Source: Atractiella rhizophila (lineage: Eukaryota). From it: a DNA stretch of 38,243 nt. Location of the stretch: positions 1-38,243 of the forward strand of contig MU271624.1 of the NCBI GenBank assembly GCA_021432655.1, in the 5' to 3' direction. This document shows positions 1 through 11,400 of the stretch, piece by piece (position 1 is the first letter of the stretch; the number at the start of each line of letters is the position of its first letter). The notes beneath the pieces were generated by a model, which worked only from the letters and a program-made list of their open reading frames with translations, did no database searches and was not told where the DNA came from. Both the position numbers and the translations under genes were made by a program.

Positions 1-23
1 ATTTCCACTTGAGGCAAGCGTGA

Positions 24-3000
24 ATGAAGGCTGACGAAAGCGACGCAGACTACCCAAACGCTCAACTTATCAGCCAAGCGCAGTACAATGCCAGCTTGCT
101 ACCACTTCAGCCGCCTATTTCTTGTCCCCTTACTGCCGAAAGACGCAGTCGTAGTCACATGTCAGCTTCATCTTCAGCTCGCGAATCCACCCCTCTCAGC
201 ACGACTGAAATTGGAAGTGCTCCCTCACGAATCACGGGATACGAATCACAAGTTGAGATTCAAAGCCAAGATCAAGAATCTTCGTCTTCAGCGCCAATAT
301 ACATTCCTTCTCTCCTGGAAACACCGATTTTCACTCGCACAAACAATATTATCGACCTCACATTAAGCCCTTCCCCGAATAGGGCATCCTTGAGTTTGGA
401 GGACAAGCGGAAGGACGCTATTAAGAGGCGGGAGGAGACTATTAGAAAGAGGGAGCTCGAAGCTAAGTTGGAAAAGGCGAAAAAAGAGCGAGAATTGGGT
501 TTGAAATATTTGAACGCTTATGGCCATGTCGCGAATCAAGGAGCCGCCGTTAGGCAGAGAAGACCTGAGGTATTTGCGAGAGAACGAAGTGGACAGGAAT
601 ATCTCCCAATTCTCGACGGAATGGACCAAGAACTGGAAGGAGATTCACCAGAAGAGATCACGAGGAAGAAGGAGCAAGCAGCCAGGTTAGCAAAGGCACG
701 ACGGGAACGAGAATTAGGATTGAAGGCTTTGAACGACTACGGCCACGTCGGAAATCAAGCTAGCAAGGCCAGGCAAAGCAGTGTTGAGGAATATGAGAAA
801 GAAGAAACAGGAACGGAGGAGGTGCCCATTCTTGATGGGTTGACTCAAGGAGTCTCAAGAGGTTCAGGTCATGGTTGGTTTCCAGGTACGGCCTCTTCCT
901 TATGTACCATATGCTAAGAGGAGTCTCCTTTCGAAGATCCACTATGCTCCGAAGAGCAGCTTGAAGTCCTTGACCTTGTTAGGAATGGACGAAACGTCTT
1001 CTTTACAGGTTCTGCCGGTGTGGGGAAATCTTTCCTTCTGGGAGAGTGGGTAGTCTCCAGCCTCCTTTCGCCAGTGCCATAAGTCTCACAGATGGCCTTT
1101 ATAGGATTAAGGGCATGCTCTCCTCTCGTGCTTGCAATTTCACACTCACTGCGCCAACGGGAATCGCTGCCGTCAACATCGGCGGACGCACCATACATTC
1201 TTTCGCTGGCGTCGGATTGGGGAACAAAGGCGTTGGCGAACTTCTGGATGGGATCAAGCAGAGTAGGAAGAAAACCAACGAATGGGCGAGGTGTCAAGTG
1301 TTGATAATTGATGAGATTTCGATGGTACGCCATAGCTTTCGCATCGTTCTGCTTGCCTTCACACGAGGAACTAGACTGAACCAGATCTCTTCATTAAACT
1401 CGATTTGATCGCTCAAGATCTCAAAGGCAGCAAAATGCCATTCGGTGCGTCCTTGTTCCATCTTGCCCTCGGATTTGTGCTGATACTCTGGATCAGGTGG
1501 AATACAAATAATCGCTTGCGGCGATTTCTTTCAGCTCCCTCCAGTGCTGGGACCCGACACCTGTATCCGCTGCAACTCCAATCGCTTCCCACCGAAGCCA
1601 TCCCGCTCGGACAGAGGCGGCAACAGTAGCCTTCTTGCCGATGAGATCAAGCCCTGCCTCGATTGTGGGCTCGAGAAACGGTCGTATACTTACTGCTTCC
1701 AGGTACATCTTACTCTTTCTCCATCATATTTGCTCAGCAACGGTGATGGTGTGGCAGACAGAAACATGGCAAAGGCTCAACTTCGTCACTAAACAGCTTA
1801 CAAAGGTCTTTCGTCAGTCAGATGAAGAGTTTATTCGCGTTCTCAACAAGATTCGAATTGGAGATAGCGAGAAGGGAAGTGTGAAAGAAATCAACAATTT
1901 CATCAAGGATTGTTCAAGGAATCTGACCAATCGCGACATCAAAGTATGCTGCTCTGATGTTCCCTTGTCTCTATCATGTGTCCTGATGATGGGTTTTTGA
2001 ATAGCCGACCAAGCTGATGGCTCGCAAAGCGGCTGTCGAAAAGGAGAACAAGACCGAGTTCAACCGCCTCACAACCCAGCTTTATTCGTTCGAAGCCTTT
2101 GATGACTTCAAAGGTCATTTTGCAAAGAACTTCAGGCGTCGAGTATGTATTTCTACTCACTAACGATGGCAATATCGACGTTGAGGCTGGCGCTGTAGCT
2201 CGACGATACGCCTGCACCTAAAACTCTGGAACTCAAAGTCGGAACCCAAGTTCTGTTGACGTGCAATTTGGCAGTTGAGAGTGGACTGGTGAATGGATCC
2301 CGAGTAAGTTTATTCTAAGCTCGCAAACTGGCAAGTGATATTTGCGTCAAGGGTGTGGTGATTGGATTCGAAGATCTTGACTACCACCCTCCACAAGACA
2401 ATTCTCAAAACGCCATTGAAGTTTGGCGGCGTGAGAGGTACACTCTATCATGCTTCTTTATCCCGCATTGACAGGGAGACGGGTAGTGCTCAATCCTTTC
2501 TCGACAAACAATCAGACTCCATACTGCCTAAGATTCTCTTTGCGAACGAACAAGAACGGTTGGTGCCCATCCACTTTCTTAGAAGATGTGACGTGATGCT
2601 GGATGGATGCATATAGGATCATAGCGCCGTACACCTGGGTTGTGGATTGTGACAAGGAGAATAAAGTCAGTCGAGCCCAGTTCCCGCTTATGCACGCTTG
2701 GGCAGTGACCATTCATAAGAGTTTGTCGTCACCTACCTCTTCCCTTAAGCCTTTGCCTTGAAAGGATGGAATTGATGATGCGACACGAAGGTCAAGGATC
2801 ATCCCTCGATTCAGTACGCATCGATATGAGTGGCATCTTTGAAAATGGGCAAGCCTACGTCGCCTTATCACGGGCTCGGACGAAAGAAGGTACAGCTTCC
2901 CTTCGTGTGCGCCTAATCTCACAAAGATGTTGCTGACACCATCCCTCGTTGGTGGTGGGCTAGGGATGCAAGTGACCAATTTCACGGACAAGACCGTGCG

Positions 3001-3472
3001 GGCCGATCCACTCGTCAAGCGTTTCTACAGCTCCCTGTCTTCAGGGCAGGCATACGACAGTGGACGTCATCCCCTCCTTCCTCAGATGAAGGATATGGTG
3101 AATTGGCCGGATCCTCCTTCGCCTGCTCCGAACCAACAAGCCCCAACTTCATCGCCTTCCCATCCCCCTTTTATCGCCAGAGGGGAACCAGACAGCTGGC
3201 AGTCCGCTCTCGCTTTGGCTGTGGACTTGTATGCGCGTCAGTTTCAGGTGCAAGAAACTGGAGCACGCATGGGAATGGAGTTGAATGGGTTCTTGAAGAG
3301 GACGAGGGAGATTTTCGAGGAACGGTTCCCGCCCACACCTGTCGATGCTAATAGCGTAAGGGTGGGAGGTGCAGAGCAGATGGTGGAGGAAGAGTTTGGG
3401 GATGAGATGGAGGTCATTAGGGAGATCGAGAGAGAGGAAGAGGAGAGAGCGATGAAGAGGTTCAGGGAGTAG
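24..3472 (+). CDS. PIF1: Pif1-family 5'-3' DNA helicase, multi-exon
   Basis: Spliced exons give the SF1B motifs in order: [26 protein letters not shown] (Walker A, ~950-1030), [29 protein letters not shown] (Walker B), [96 protein letters not shown]. Exons are separated by short GT-AG introns. It may be a paralogue rather than the orthologue, and the start codon is uncertain. Confidence 0.92.
462..849 (+). repeat. Two copies of an internal protein repeat (73-aa period) in the helicase N-terminus
   Basis: [26 protein letters not shown]...LPILDGMDQ versus [26 protein letters not shown]...VPILDGLTQ; the ELG codons start at 492 and 711. Confidence 0.85.
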
Positions 3473-4229
3473 AAGTCTTTGTAAATCTCTTCATCCATGA
3501 CATGATTCGTAGTCTGCTTGATCCTTTGCACATTCTTGTATCTCATATGATGTATAATGTTGAACGTATAAAGCACTATCCATCGACCATTGAACTGCCT
3601 CAATAAGCTTCACTGACAAATCAGATATATTTGCCATTGTATATTTCAATATTCTGCACATATTCACTGCGCTCGAAACATTGCGGAGATCGGAACCAAA
3701 TGTCAGTGTCCCTGACCGCGAGTGCTCACTTTGCTCCAGAGTCGCGCAATCAGGCACCATTTGTTTCGCGCACCCGAAGCATTTATCCTGACAATTTCCC
3801 ACCCAATTCATCCACCATTGATGCTGACATTTCCGTTCGACGCCTTGAACGTGCGAACTTGAGGGAAAGTCGCAGACAAAACAATCATCAGTCAGCTCAG
3901 ACGCACAATTGGAAGAAGCATAAAAAGCTCAAGAGATAATATTCGGATTGCAAGGGAGATGGCAGCAGATTCCCTCAGCCAAACGTTGTAAGTTCCCTCT
4001 TCCTTGCACGTGTGCAGAACTCTGCTGAGCCTTTGAACCTGCGGATGTTGTTGCAGGGATGGGACTTTCAAAGTTCCAGCACTTCCAGATCCAATACCCA
4101 TACCTCACCACAGTCACCCGGACTCTCTTCTCCTTCTGTTCCTTCTCCCATACCCCATACCTTCTCTGCTATCTGGCAAGTCACCTGGACATCGCGGCAG
4201 TGGGCAAAGTAAAATTGCCATCAGTCTCC

Positions 4230-5640
4230 CTCTCCGGCTGACTCCCATCGTAGTAAGAACCACCAGGCGGAAGTTACAAGAAACCGCCTCCTGGCTCGTT
4301 GTTACTGGGGGGGCAAACGGGTTGTCGTCCTTGTTGAGGTCGGACCTGTCGACTTGTCCCGAGGCAGTCGGCCAGCGATGCTACCCGCACCTATGGCAGA
4401 TAGGAGAGGTTGACAGCTAGTCGGGAAGTAGGACGGTGGCCAAGGGTATGGGAGCCAGTAGAGAGTTGGAGGTAGAGTTGGGGTTAGCGTCGGCGCCTGA
4501 GGAGCGTGCGGTCCATTGTCTAGAGGAGGGCGGTATGGTGGAGGTTGACGGGTCGATGGCGTCTATGGAAATTACAGCTTAAACAGCGCGTTGCGGAGAA
4601 GCTTGCTTAGGTGCTCGCGCCTTTTATAGTTCTGCCTAAGTCTATTCAGCGCCCGGAGGGACGGAAGATATGTCTCACCCCATAGTGAGTTATCGCGGAA
4701 GAGGGACAGGTTGAAAGGGCAAGGTGGCCAGGGTCCTTACCCGCTCCTCCATCTTCCTTTTCCTTCTTCCCTTTCGAGTGATGGCAGCTAGATGTGCAGC
4801 AGGTACGATGGCTACGGCAGTTGATGCAGCCAGAAGTAGCTACTACTCTGGAAGGATAAGCCCTGGGTAGGGGCGGCATGGTTTATTAGGTTCCCTAAGC
4901 TTTTGCTCGCAACGGAGCAGCTGTCCCTGGCGGTTTCCACGGCGTCACTTACAGTGCAGCAAGTAACCGCCGCCGTCCCCCTCGTATCCTGGGCACGAAA
5001 GCTCACCACCTCATCCGAATTCCTTCAGGTACGTGAGCTTCTTTGGCTCACTACGAGAGAGGTGGGAAGGGCTTCCTAGGCTGGAGAGTCTAGGGTGGTG
5101 AGGGTTGGGGACTGTGGCTGGCTCTAAGCAGTTCGAGTTACCCACCCTTCCTGTCCGTCGTTGGAGTGGGAGGGATTGAGGCGAGGGTAGGGACGCGGTT
5201 TAGGGTTGGGCTTAGGCTTAGGGTTGGGAAGTAGGCGAGGGTTGAGCAGAATGCGAGGACTGGCCAGTAGGGGTTGCCCTTCTCCTGGGCCGAACGGGAG
5301 ATTAGGAGCAGGCTTTGCGTTCCGCAGCTGCCTGAGCCTTAGGAGTGTTACCTGACGGTCGCGGTTGTGCTGGGGAGAGTGCTGCCACCTGCCTGTGCAT
5401 TAGCGGGTCAGTCCAAGATTGAGAAGTTAGATGTCGATGCTAGGTTTCGCGCGGAAACTTGCAGGTGCAGGAGGTGGCGAAGTCGAGTAATTCCTCCAGA
5501 GCTTACTCTCTGATGGGGAACGAGTCCTAGGACACGGACGCCAACCTCTCTCCTTCAAATCCTCGTCTTGCCACCCTTTCCTGGTTTAACACCAAGACTC
5601 CGGCCGTCGCACTAGAAAATCGAAGATCTACCTTAACTAA
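4230..5640. other. GC-rich, stop-riddled, TpA-enriched degenerate sequence (decayed gene or repeat element)
   Basis: No long ORF despite high GC. The minus strand reads like a broken Pro/Ser-rich frame, and TAG/CTA/TTA are conspicuous. No transposon domain is recognisable. Boundaries are approximate. Confidence 0.4.
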
Positions 5641-6170
5641 CCTCCTTGTCCTTCCATATGTGAATTAACAATCCCAACAACTCTTATAAAAGACCAAGAT
5701 TGTACGTGCAGACGTATCGTTCAGAACTTCTGAGCATATAGGAATACATAAAGTATGGATCAAGAGTAATGAGGACGCTACGGTAGTAGTAACCTATGGC
5801 GACTTGAGTACCTCATGACGTGACTCTTCCACTTGAGACGTTTTGCTTTCCTGCTTGTGTCTTATTCTGGTGGGTTCGTTCAGTTTTTTCCTTCTCTACT
5901 CGTTTGTAGAACGAATTCTCTTCTACTCCCTCACATTTCTCTTCTCAACCAGTCGGAGCGCGTCGAGAAAGGTATTGATTTGAGAAATCGTCGAGCAAGA
6001 CGAAGAAGTCGAGAAAGCGAAGGAGGAGGATTATGTGGAGTAATCAGTTGCGCTCTATGCTGTCTTCGTCTTTGCGTGGTCAGGGAAGTGGAACTATAGG
6101 TCGAGTAGTTGGCAGGAGACGTTGAGGAGGTAAGCGCGGAAGAAGGAGCGAGACTTGGAGTGATATACAT

Positions 6171-6733
6171 GTATGCTACTCTAATCCTTTCCTTTCCCTT
6201 CTTCCTTGTCTGGTCTTCGGAGCCATAAAAAGAAGGAGGAGCACGAGAAGAAGCTGGGCGACGGGCAAAGGCCGACGAGGAGGAGTATAAGTAGGAGCTT
6301 GAGGAGGAGTGGGAGGGAGAGACCCAGATGTCAACTGCTCGGTCGCAGGCTTTGTAAGCGACGTGGTCCTCGCCTGGTGTACCGGTCTAACCTGTCTAAG
6401 CGTCCGTACCTACGACTCCGACTACGTCGATTACCGCAGCTACAATTCCCACTTCACTTGCTGCAATTTCACCCCAACTCTGTCTTCAGCTCCCTACTCG
6501 CCCCATACTCCATGAACATGCCGCGTCTTAGTAGGGTACTCATGAGGGTGACCGTTGATGACCTCCTCGACTACGCTATCATCACTCACTCCCTCCCTCA
6601 CCCTTCCACTGCACTCTCCTTCGCCCTCCCCTACTGAAGAAACGCATTCACACTCCTCTTCTCCGACTGCCCTTACTCACCCGACCTCTAACCCTTCCAC
6701 GCACGCAACCTCCTCCCCCAACCCTAAACCGCA
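6171..6733. other. Second TpA-enriched degenerate segment, abutting an assembly gap
   Basis: Same compositional style as 4230-5640 and shares a 16-bp inverted match with it. Confidence 0.35.
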
Positions 6734-7013
6734 NNNNNNNNNNNNNNNNNNNNNNNNNNNNNNNNNNNNNNNNNNNNNNNNNNNNNNNNNNNNNNNNNNN
6801 NNNNNNNNNNNNNNNNNNNNNNNNNNNNNNNNNNNNNNNNNNNNNNNNNNNNNNNNNNNNNNNNNNNNNNNNNNNNNNNNNNNNNNNNNNNNNNNNNNNN
6901 NNNNNNNNNNNNNNNNNNNNNNNNNNNNNNNNNNNNNNNNNNNNNNNNNNNNNNNNNNNNNNNNNNNNNNNNNNNNNNNNNNNNNNNNNNNNNNNNNNNN
7001 NNNNNNNNNNNNN
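6734..7013. other. Assembly gap (N run)
   Basis: Run of N bases. Confidence 1.
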
Positions 7014-8492
7014 CCCGTCCTCCAGGTGGACCTAACCAGCTAGGTATGTTTGAGCTCCGACGAATGACTGGCCCGTTCCATCCCATCTCATCCTGCCCCA
7101 CCCTCACCTCATCTGGCCGCGGAGGCCGCAGAGGAGGTCCTGGGACGGGGATGGTTTGTTCCGATCGAACAGTTTCTGTGGTGGGAACAGGGAGGGAGAG
7201 GACGGAAATTGCATCCTCCGACTTTGGCGATTCGATCTTTTCCAACAAGGGAGGGTGAGGAGGGTCGAAAGAGAGGGAATCTCGGATTGGTCGTCGGACA
7301 TCTGAGATGACGAGGTCGATGAGATAGATGTAGGTCTGAACGACGCTGAGGAAGCGTCCAACAGGGGTTTCTGAGAATCCGAGGATGGGAAAGTTGGGGA
7401 CGGCGTTCGCGACACCTATTACATTTCCGAACAACACCGGGAAGGCACTTTTGTTCGCAGGCACTTGTCAACAATCATAATTTTGGATCGAGGGGAGGAC
7501 GCACTCGCGATAGTTCTCCCAACGCGGTTTATGGTCCACTGTGTAGGTCGACTCGACAATTTTGATCGTGAAGATGGCAAGATAGGCAATCTGTAGCCCA
7601 TGACTGGCACGATTGACGACTGCGAATTTATTGACATCCTGCGGATCCAACACGCAGCAAAGAACGCAACTTCAGTACCATGTCGTGGGAGAGGGGAGAA
7701 GAAAGACGAACAGTCAAGAATCCTATCCTCCATAACGCCTCCAACACTCCCACGGCAACGACGACGGCGAGCATGGTGAACTTAATCATGCTCCCTGTGA
7801 TGCCGAAGCGTTCCCAGCTAGCAGAATGGAGGACAACCTCTCCCTCCCTAGGACGGAAGCTCCACCGACTAAGACGACGCATCACACTCTGTTGCTCCAA
7901 TCCTGTCTTGATGATGATCTTTTTCTCGAGGACTGCGGCTTGAGTGGCGCGCCGGTAGAGGTAGAGGAGACGGAAGACGGTGGTGCCAGCTAAGAAGAGA
8001 GTGGTGGTGATGGAGAGGGAGGAGAGACGGATAGTGCTCGTCCCTTGCGAATAGAGCAGGTTTCCCAAGTCGATGATTCCCCCAAAGAGCGAGAAGAGTG
8101 TGGAGAGCAGGATGTAGAGTAAGGGACGGTTGAGGCGTGCGAGTCCGATCCAAACCGTTCCTACCCCTAGACCGAGGATGCCGATGGAGATGAGGGGGAT
8201 ATCAGCTACGAGCTGCAATCCACCGGTCCATCAGTTTGCGACTTGACAGTGGGAGAACGAGTGACAGACGAACCTGCTCTATCATCAGACTGTTCGACCA
8301 CCTCACTCCGAACGGCATCTCGAAGATGGCAGCTGAGAAAGCCTCGAACCCAGTGACTTTGCCATCGGTCGCATTCGAGCTGAAGGATGACGCAAGAGAA
8401 GAGGAGGAGTTAGATGTTGAGGAGTGGGTGGAATTGACATGGGCGGCGGCGCGGATAGTGAGGTGGACAAAGGATTTGGCAGGATGTGACAT
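7014..8492 (-). CDS. Predicted 7-TM integral membrane protein, copy 1 (3' end runs into the gap)
   Basis: Exons ~8492-8274, 8212-7712, ~7640-7505 and 7464-gap, joined by GT-AG introns. Seven hydrophobic segments are followed by a Pro/Ser-rich tail. The HSASWERFG motif resembles an uncharacterised basidiomycete membrane family (from recall). Confidence 0.8.
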
Positions 8493-11400
8493 TTTCTTTT
8501 GAGAGAAAGAACGATTGGGTTAGGTTGGAAAGAACGAATAGGCCGGCTTTCGAGTGAAAAGTCAGGCCAGCTTGTCGCAACCATTTGTTAGTAAAAGTGA
8601 ACAGCTGAAGGAAGGAAAGCATAGATGGCATACCTGACCAAGTGTACAACCGGCCAGCGTTTTACTTTTACCAAATCAAAAGAGAAAAAGAGGTCGACGT
8701 TGTACAACTGCAAGAGCTCGACGTCGATGCTCGTTACGCATCAAGGCTCCAGTTACTCAACAGTAGCTCGCTCCTCCGAGGCGAAGGTTGGAGGTGGGCA
8801 GATGGAGAGGGCGGGAGAAAGAGTTATGAATTGTCGATTGTCGTCCAGACAACCGAGGAAGCAGGCGACTCTGCTTCCAGCTTCTTGCGACCTTTCTATT
8901 ATTCAAAGGGTGTGGGCAGATCGCAACGCTTTTGTTGAACACCTACCTAGAGCTCTTGCTCTTGCTCGCACGTCACAGCTTCTTCCTTATCCCAACCTCT
9001 TTCAGAACAAGCTGATTCCTTCGGTGCAAATTGCTCGACCTCCCAGCGAATTCGAGCTCACTGATGTACACAACACATAGAAACAACAAAAGGAATGGAG
9101 ATGAAGAAGCTGAGGTCGCTGAGACTTTGAGGAAAGGTCAATGCGAAACGCGTGTCGTTTCTTTCGATCATAGAACAATAGATGATATCCGTCCGCCCGC
9201 TGAACCCAAAAGAGTTTACGGTTGGCACAGGGTTTGGATAGGATGGGAAACGCGAAGTACGCAGACCAGTTTCTGTAGGAAGTTGAGGTTGACGTGACCA
9301 GGTGCGAGTTCATGTGCTCGCGATTTGACATTTTGAACTCAGCTTCAGCTTCAGCGGTCCGCTATTTGACATGCTTCAATCCTGTTATGTTCATTATCAT
9401 ACACAATTTTGCTAGTAAAATCTCAAACATCGGGAAGTCGTCCCCGGCCTATTGAAGGCAATATTTTTGACAAGTAGTTAACAGTCGTTCTCTATCGAGG
9501 TAGTTGCCTTGGTCGCTCAGCGTAAACTTATGAACCTGAAGTTTGCATTTCGACCTACATGTAGCATGAAAACTTCTCCACTACCCACTTCTTTCCACAT
9601 TTCATTCTCGGCCGTCCTGGGTCGTACAATTTTTCGCAGAAGACGTCCTTTGGTCTGGTTATTCTACAGCTCAAGTATGCGAAGAGAGGAAACATCAGGG
9701 GTTCAAACAGAGTACTTGCCGAAGATGGTCCCTTCCCAGAGGGCTAGTCGTTGGACGTACTATATAACAAGAACAACATTGGACGATGCCATGTTAGGTA
9801 GTAGATTCTTGTCATAATGGTGTTTGTTTGCGCACGTCACATCTTCATCTTTTTCCAATCTTTGTCTCCATTGCTTAAATGACCATTATTCGGTGAAGAA
9901 GTGGCTGTAATGGATGCGGCTTATGACAGAAATTATTCTGCTAGCTTTTCCAGTCAAGCTGACTCCGCCTCGTAGAATTGTGGACCAGGTGGACCTAACC
10001 AGCTAGGTATGTTTGAGCTCCGACGAATGACTGGCCCGTTCCATCCCATCTCATCCTGCCCCACCCTCACCTCATCTGGCCGCGGAGGCCGCAGAGGAGG
10101 TCCTGGGACGGGGATGGTTTGTTCCGATCGAACAGTTTCTGTGGTGGGAACAGGGAGGGAGAGGACGGAAATTGCATCCTCCGACTTTGGCGATTCGATC
10201 TTTTCCAACAAGGGAGGGTGAGGAGGGTCGAAAGAGAGGGAATCTCGGATTGGTCGTCGGACATCTGAGATGACGAGGTCGATGAGATAGATGTAGGTCT
10301 GAACGACGCTGAGGAAGCGTCCAACAGGGGTTTCTGAGAATCCGAGGATGGGAAAGTTGGGTACTGCGTTCGCAACACCTATTACATTTCCGAACAACAC
10401 CGGGAAGGCACTTTTGTTCGCAGGCACTTGTCAACAATCATAATTTTGGATCGAGGGGAGGACGCACTCGCGATAGTTCTCCCAACGCGGTTTATGGTCC
10501 ACCGTGTAGGTCGACTCGACAATTTTGATCGTGAAGATGGCAAGATAGGCAATCTGTAGCCCATGACTGGCACGATTGACGACTGCGAATTTATTGACAT
10601 CCTGCGGATCCAACACGCAGCAAAGAACGCAACTTCAGTACCATGTCGTGGGAGAGGGGAGAAGAAAGACGAACAGTCAAGAATCCTATCCTCCATAACG
10701 CCTCCAACACTCCCACGGCAACGACGACGGCGAGCATGGTGAACTTAATCATGCTCCCTGTGATGCCGAAGCGTTCCCAGCTAGCAGAATGGAGGACAAC
10801 CTCTCCCTCCCTAGGACGGAAGCTCCACCGACTAAGACGACGCATCACACTCTGTTGCTCCAATCCTGTCTTGATGATGATCTTTTTCTCGAGGACTGCG
10901 GCTTGAGTGGCGCGCCGGTAGAGGTAGAGGAGACGGAAGACGGTGGTGCCAGCTAAGAAGAGAGTGGTGGTGATGGAGAGGGAGGAGAGACGGATAGTGC
11001 TCGTCCCTTGCGAATAGAGCAGGTTTCCCAAGTCGATGATTCCCCCAAAGAGCGAGAAGAGTGTGGAGAGCAGGATGTAGAGTAAGGGACGGTTGAGGCG
11101 TGCGAGTCCGATCCAAACCGTTCCAACCCCTAGACCGAGGATGCCAATGGAGATGAGGGGGATATCAGCTACGAGCTGCAATCCACCGGTCCATCAGTTT
11201 ACGACTTGACAGTGGGAGAACGAGTGACAGACGAACCTGCTCTATCATCAGACTATTCGACCACCTCACTCCGAACGGCATCTCGAAGATGGCAGCTGAG
11301 AAAGCCTCGAAACCAGTGACTTTGCCATCGGTTGCATTCGAGCTGAAGGATGACGCAAGAGAAGAGGAGGAGTTAGATGTTGAGGAGTGGGTGGAATTGA

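Noticed and set aside
24..3472. Helitron Rep/helicase
   Set aside because: No HUH Rep motifs upstream of the helicase and no recognisable Helitron ends. The many introns fit a cellular Pif1-like gene.
3631..4240. Possible spliced gene starting MSVSLTASAHF (ATG ~3700) with an intron-like gtaagt...ttgcag at ~3988-4056
   Set aside because: I could not build a consistent reading frame, and no family is recognisable. It may be a remnant.
5199..5227. Interstitial telomere array
   Set aside because: Only two exact TTAGGG units among degenerate ones; too short to call.
8625..9331. ORFs of 88-151 aa upstream of the 7-TM gene, and their copies at 11590-12268
   Set aside because: No recognisable motifs. 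Several differ between the copies by stops or indels while the real gene has only synonymous changes, so this is probably UTR or promoter.
9339..9355. CTTCAG hexamer run, also at ~25494-25510
   Set aside because: Short microsatellite whose copy number varies between the duplicates; no evidence of function.
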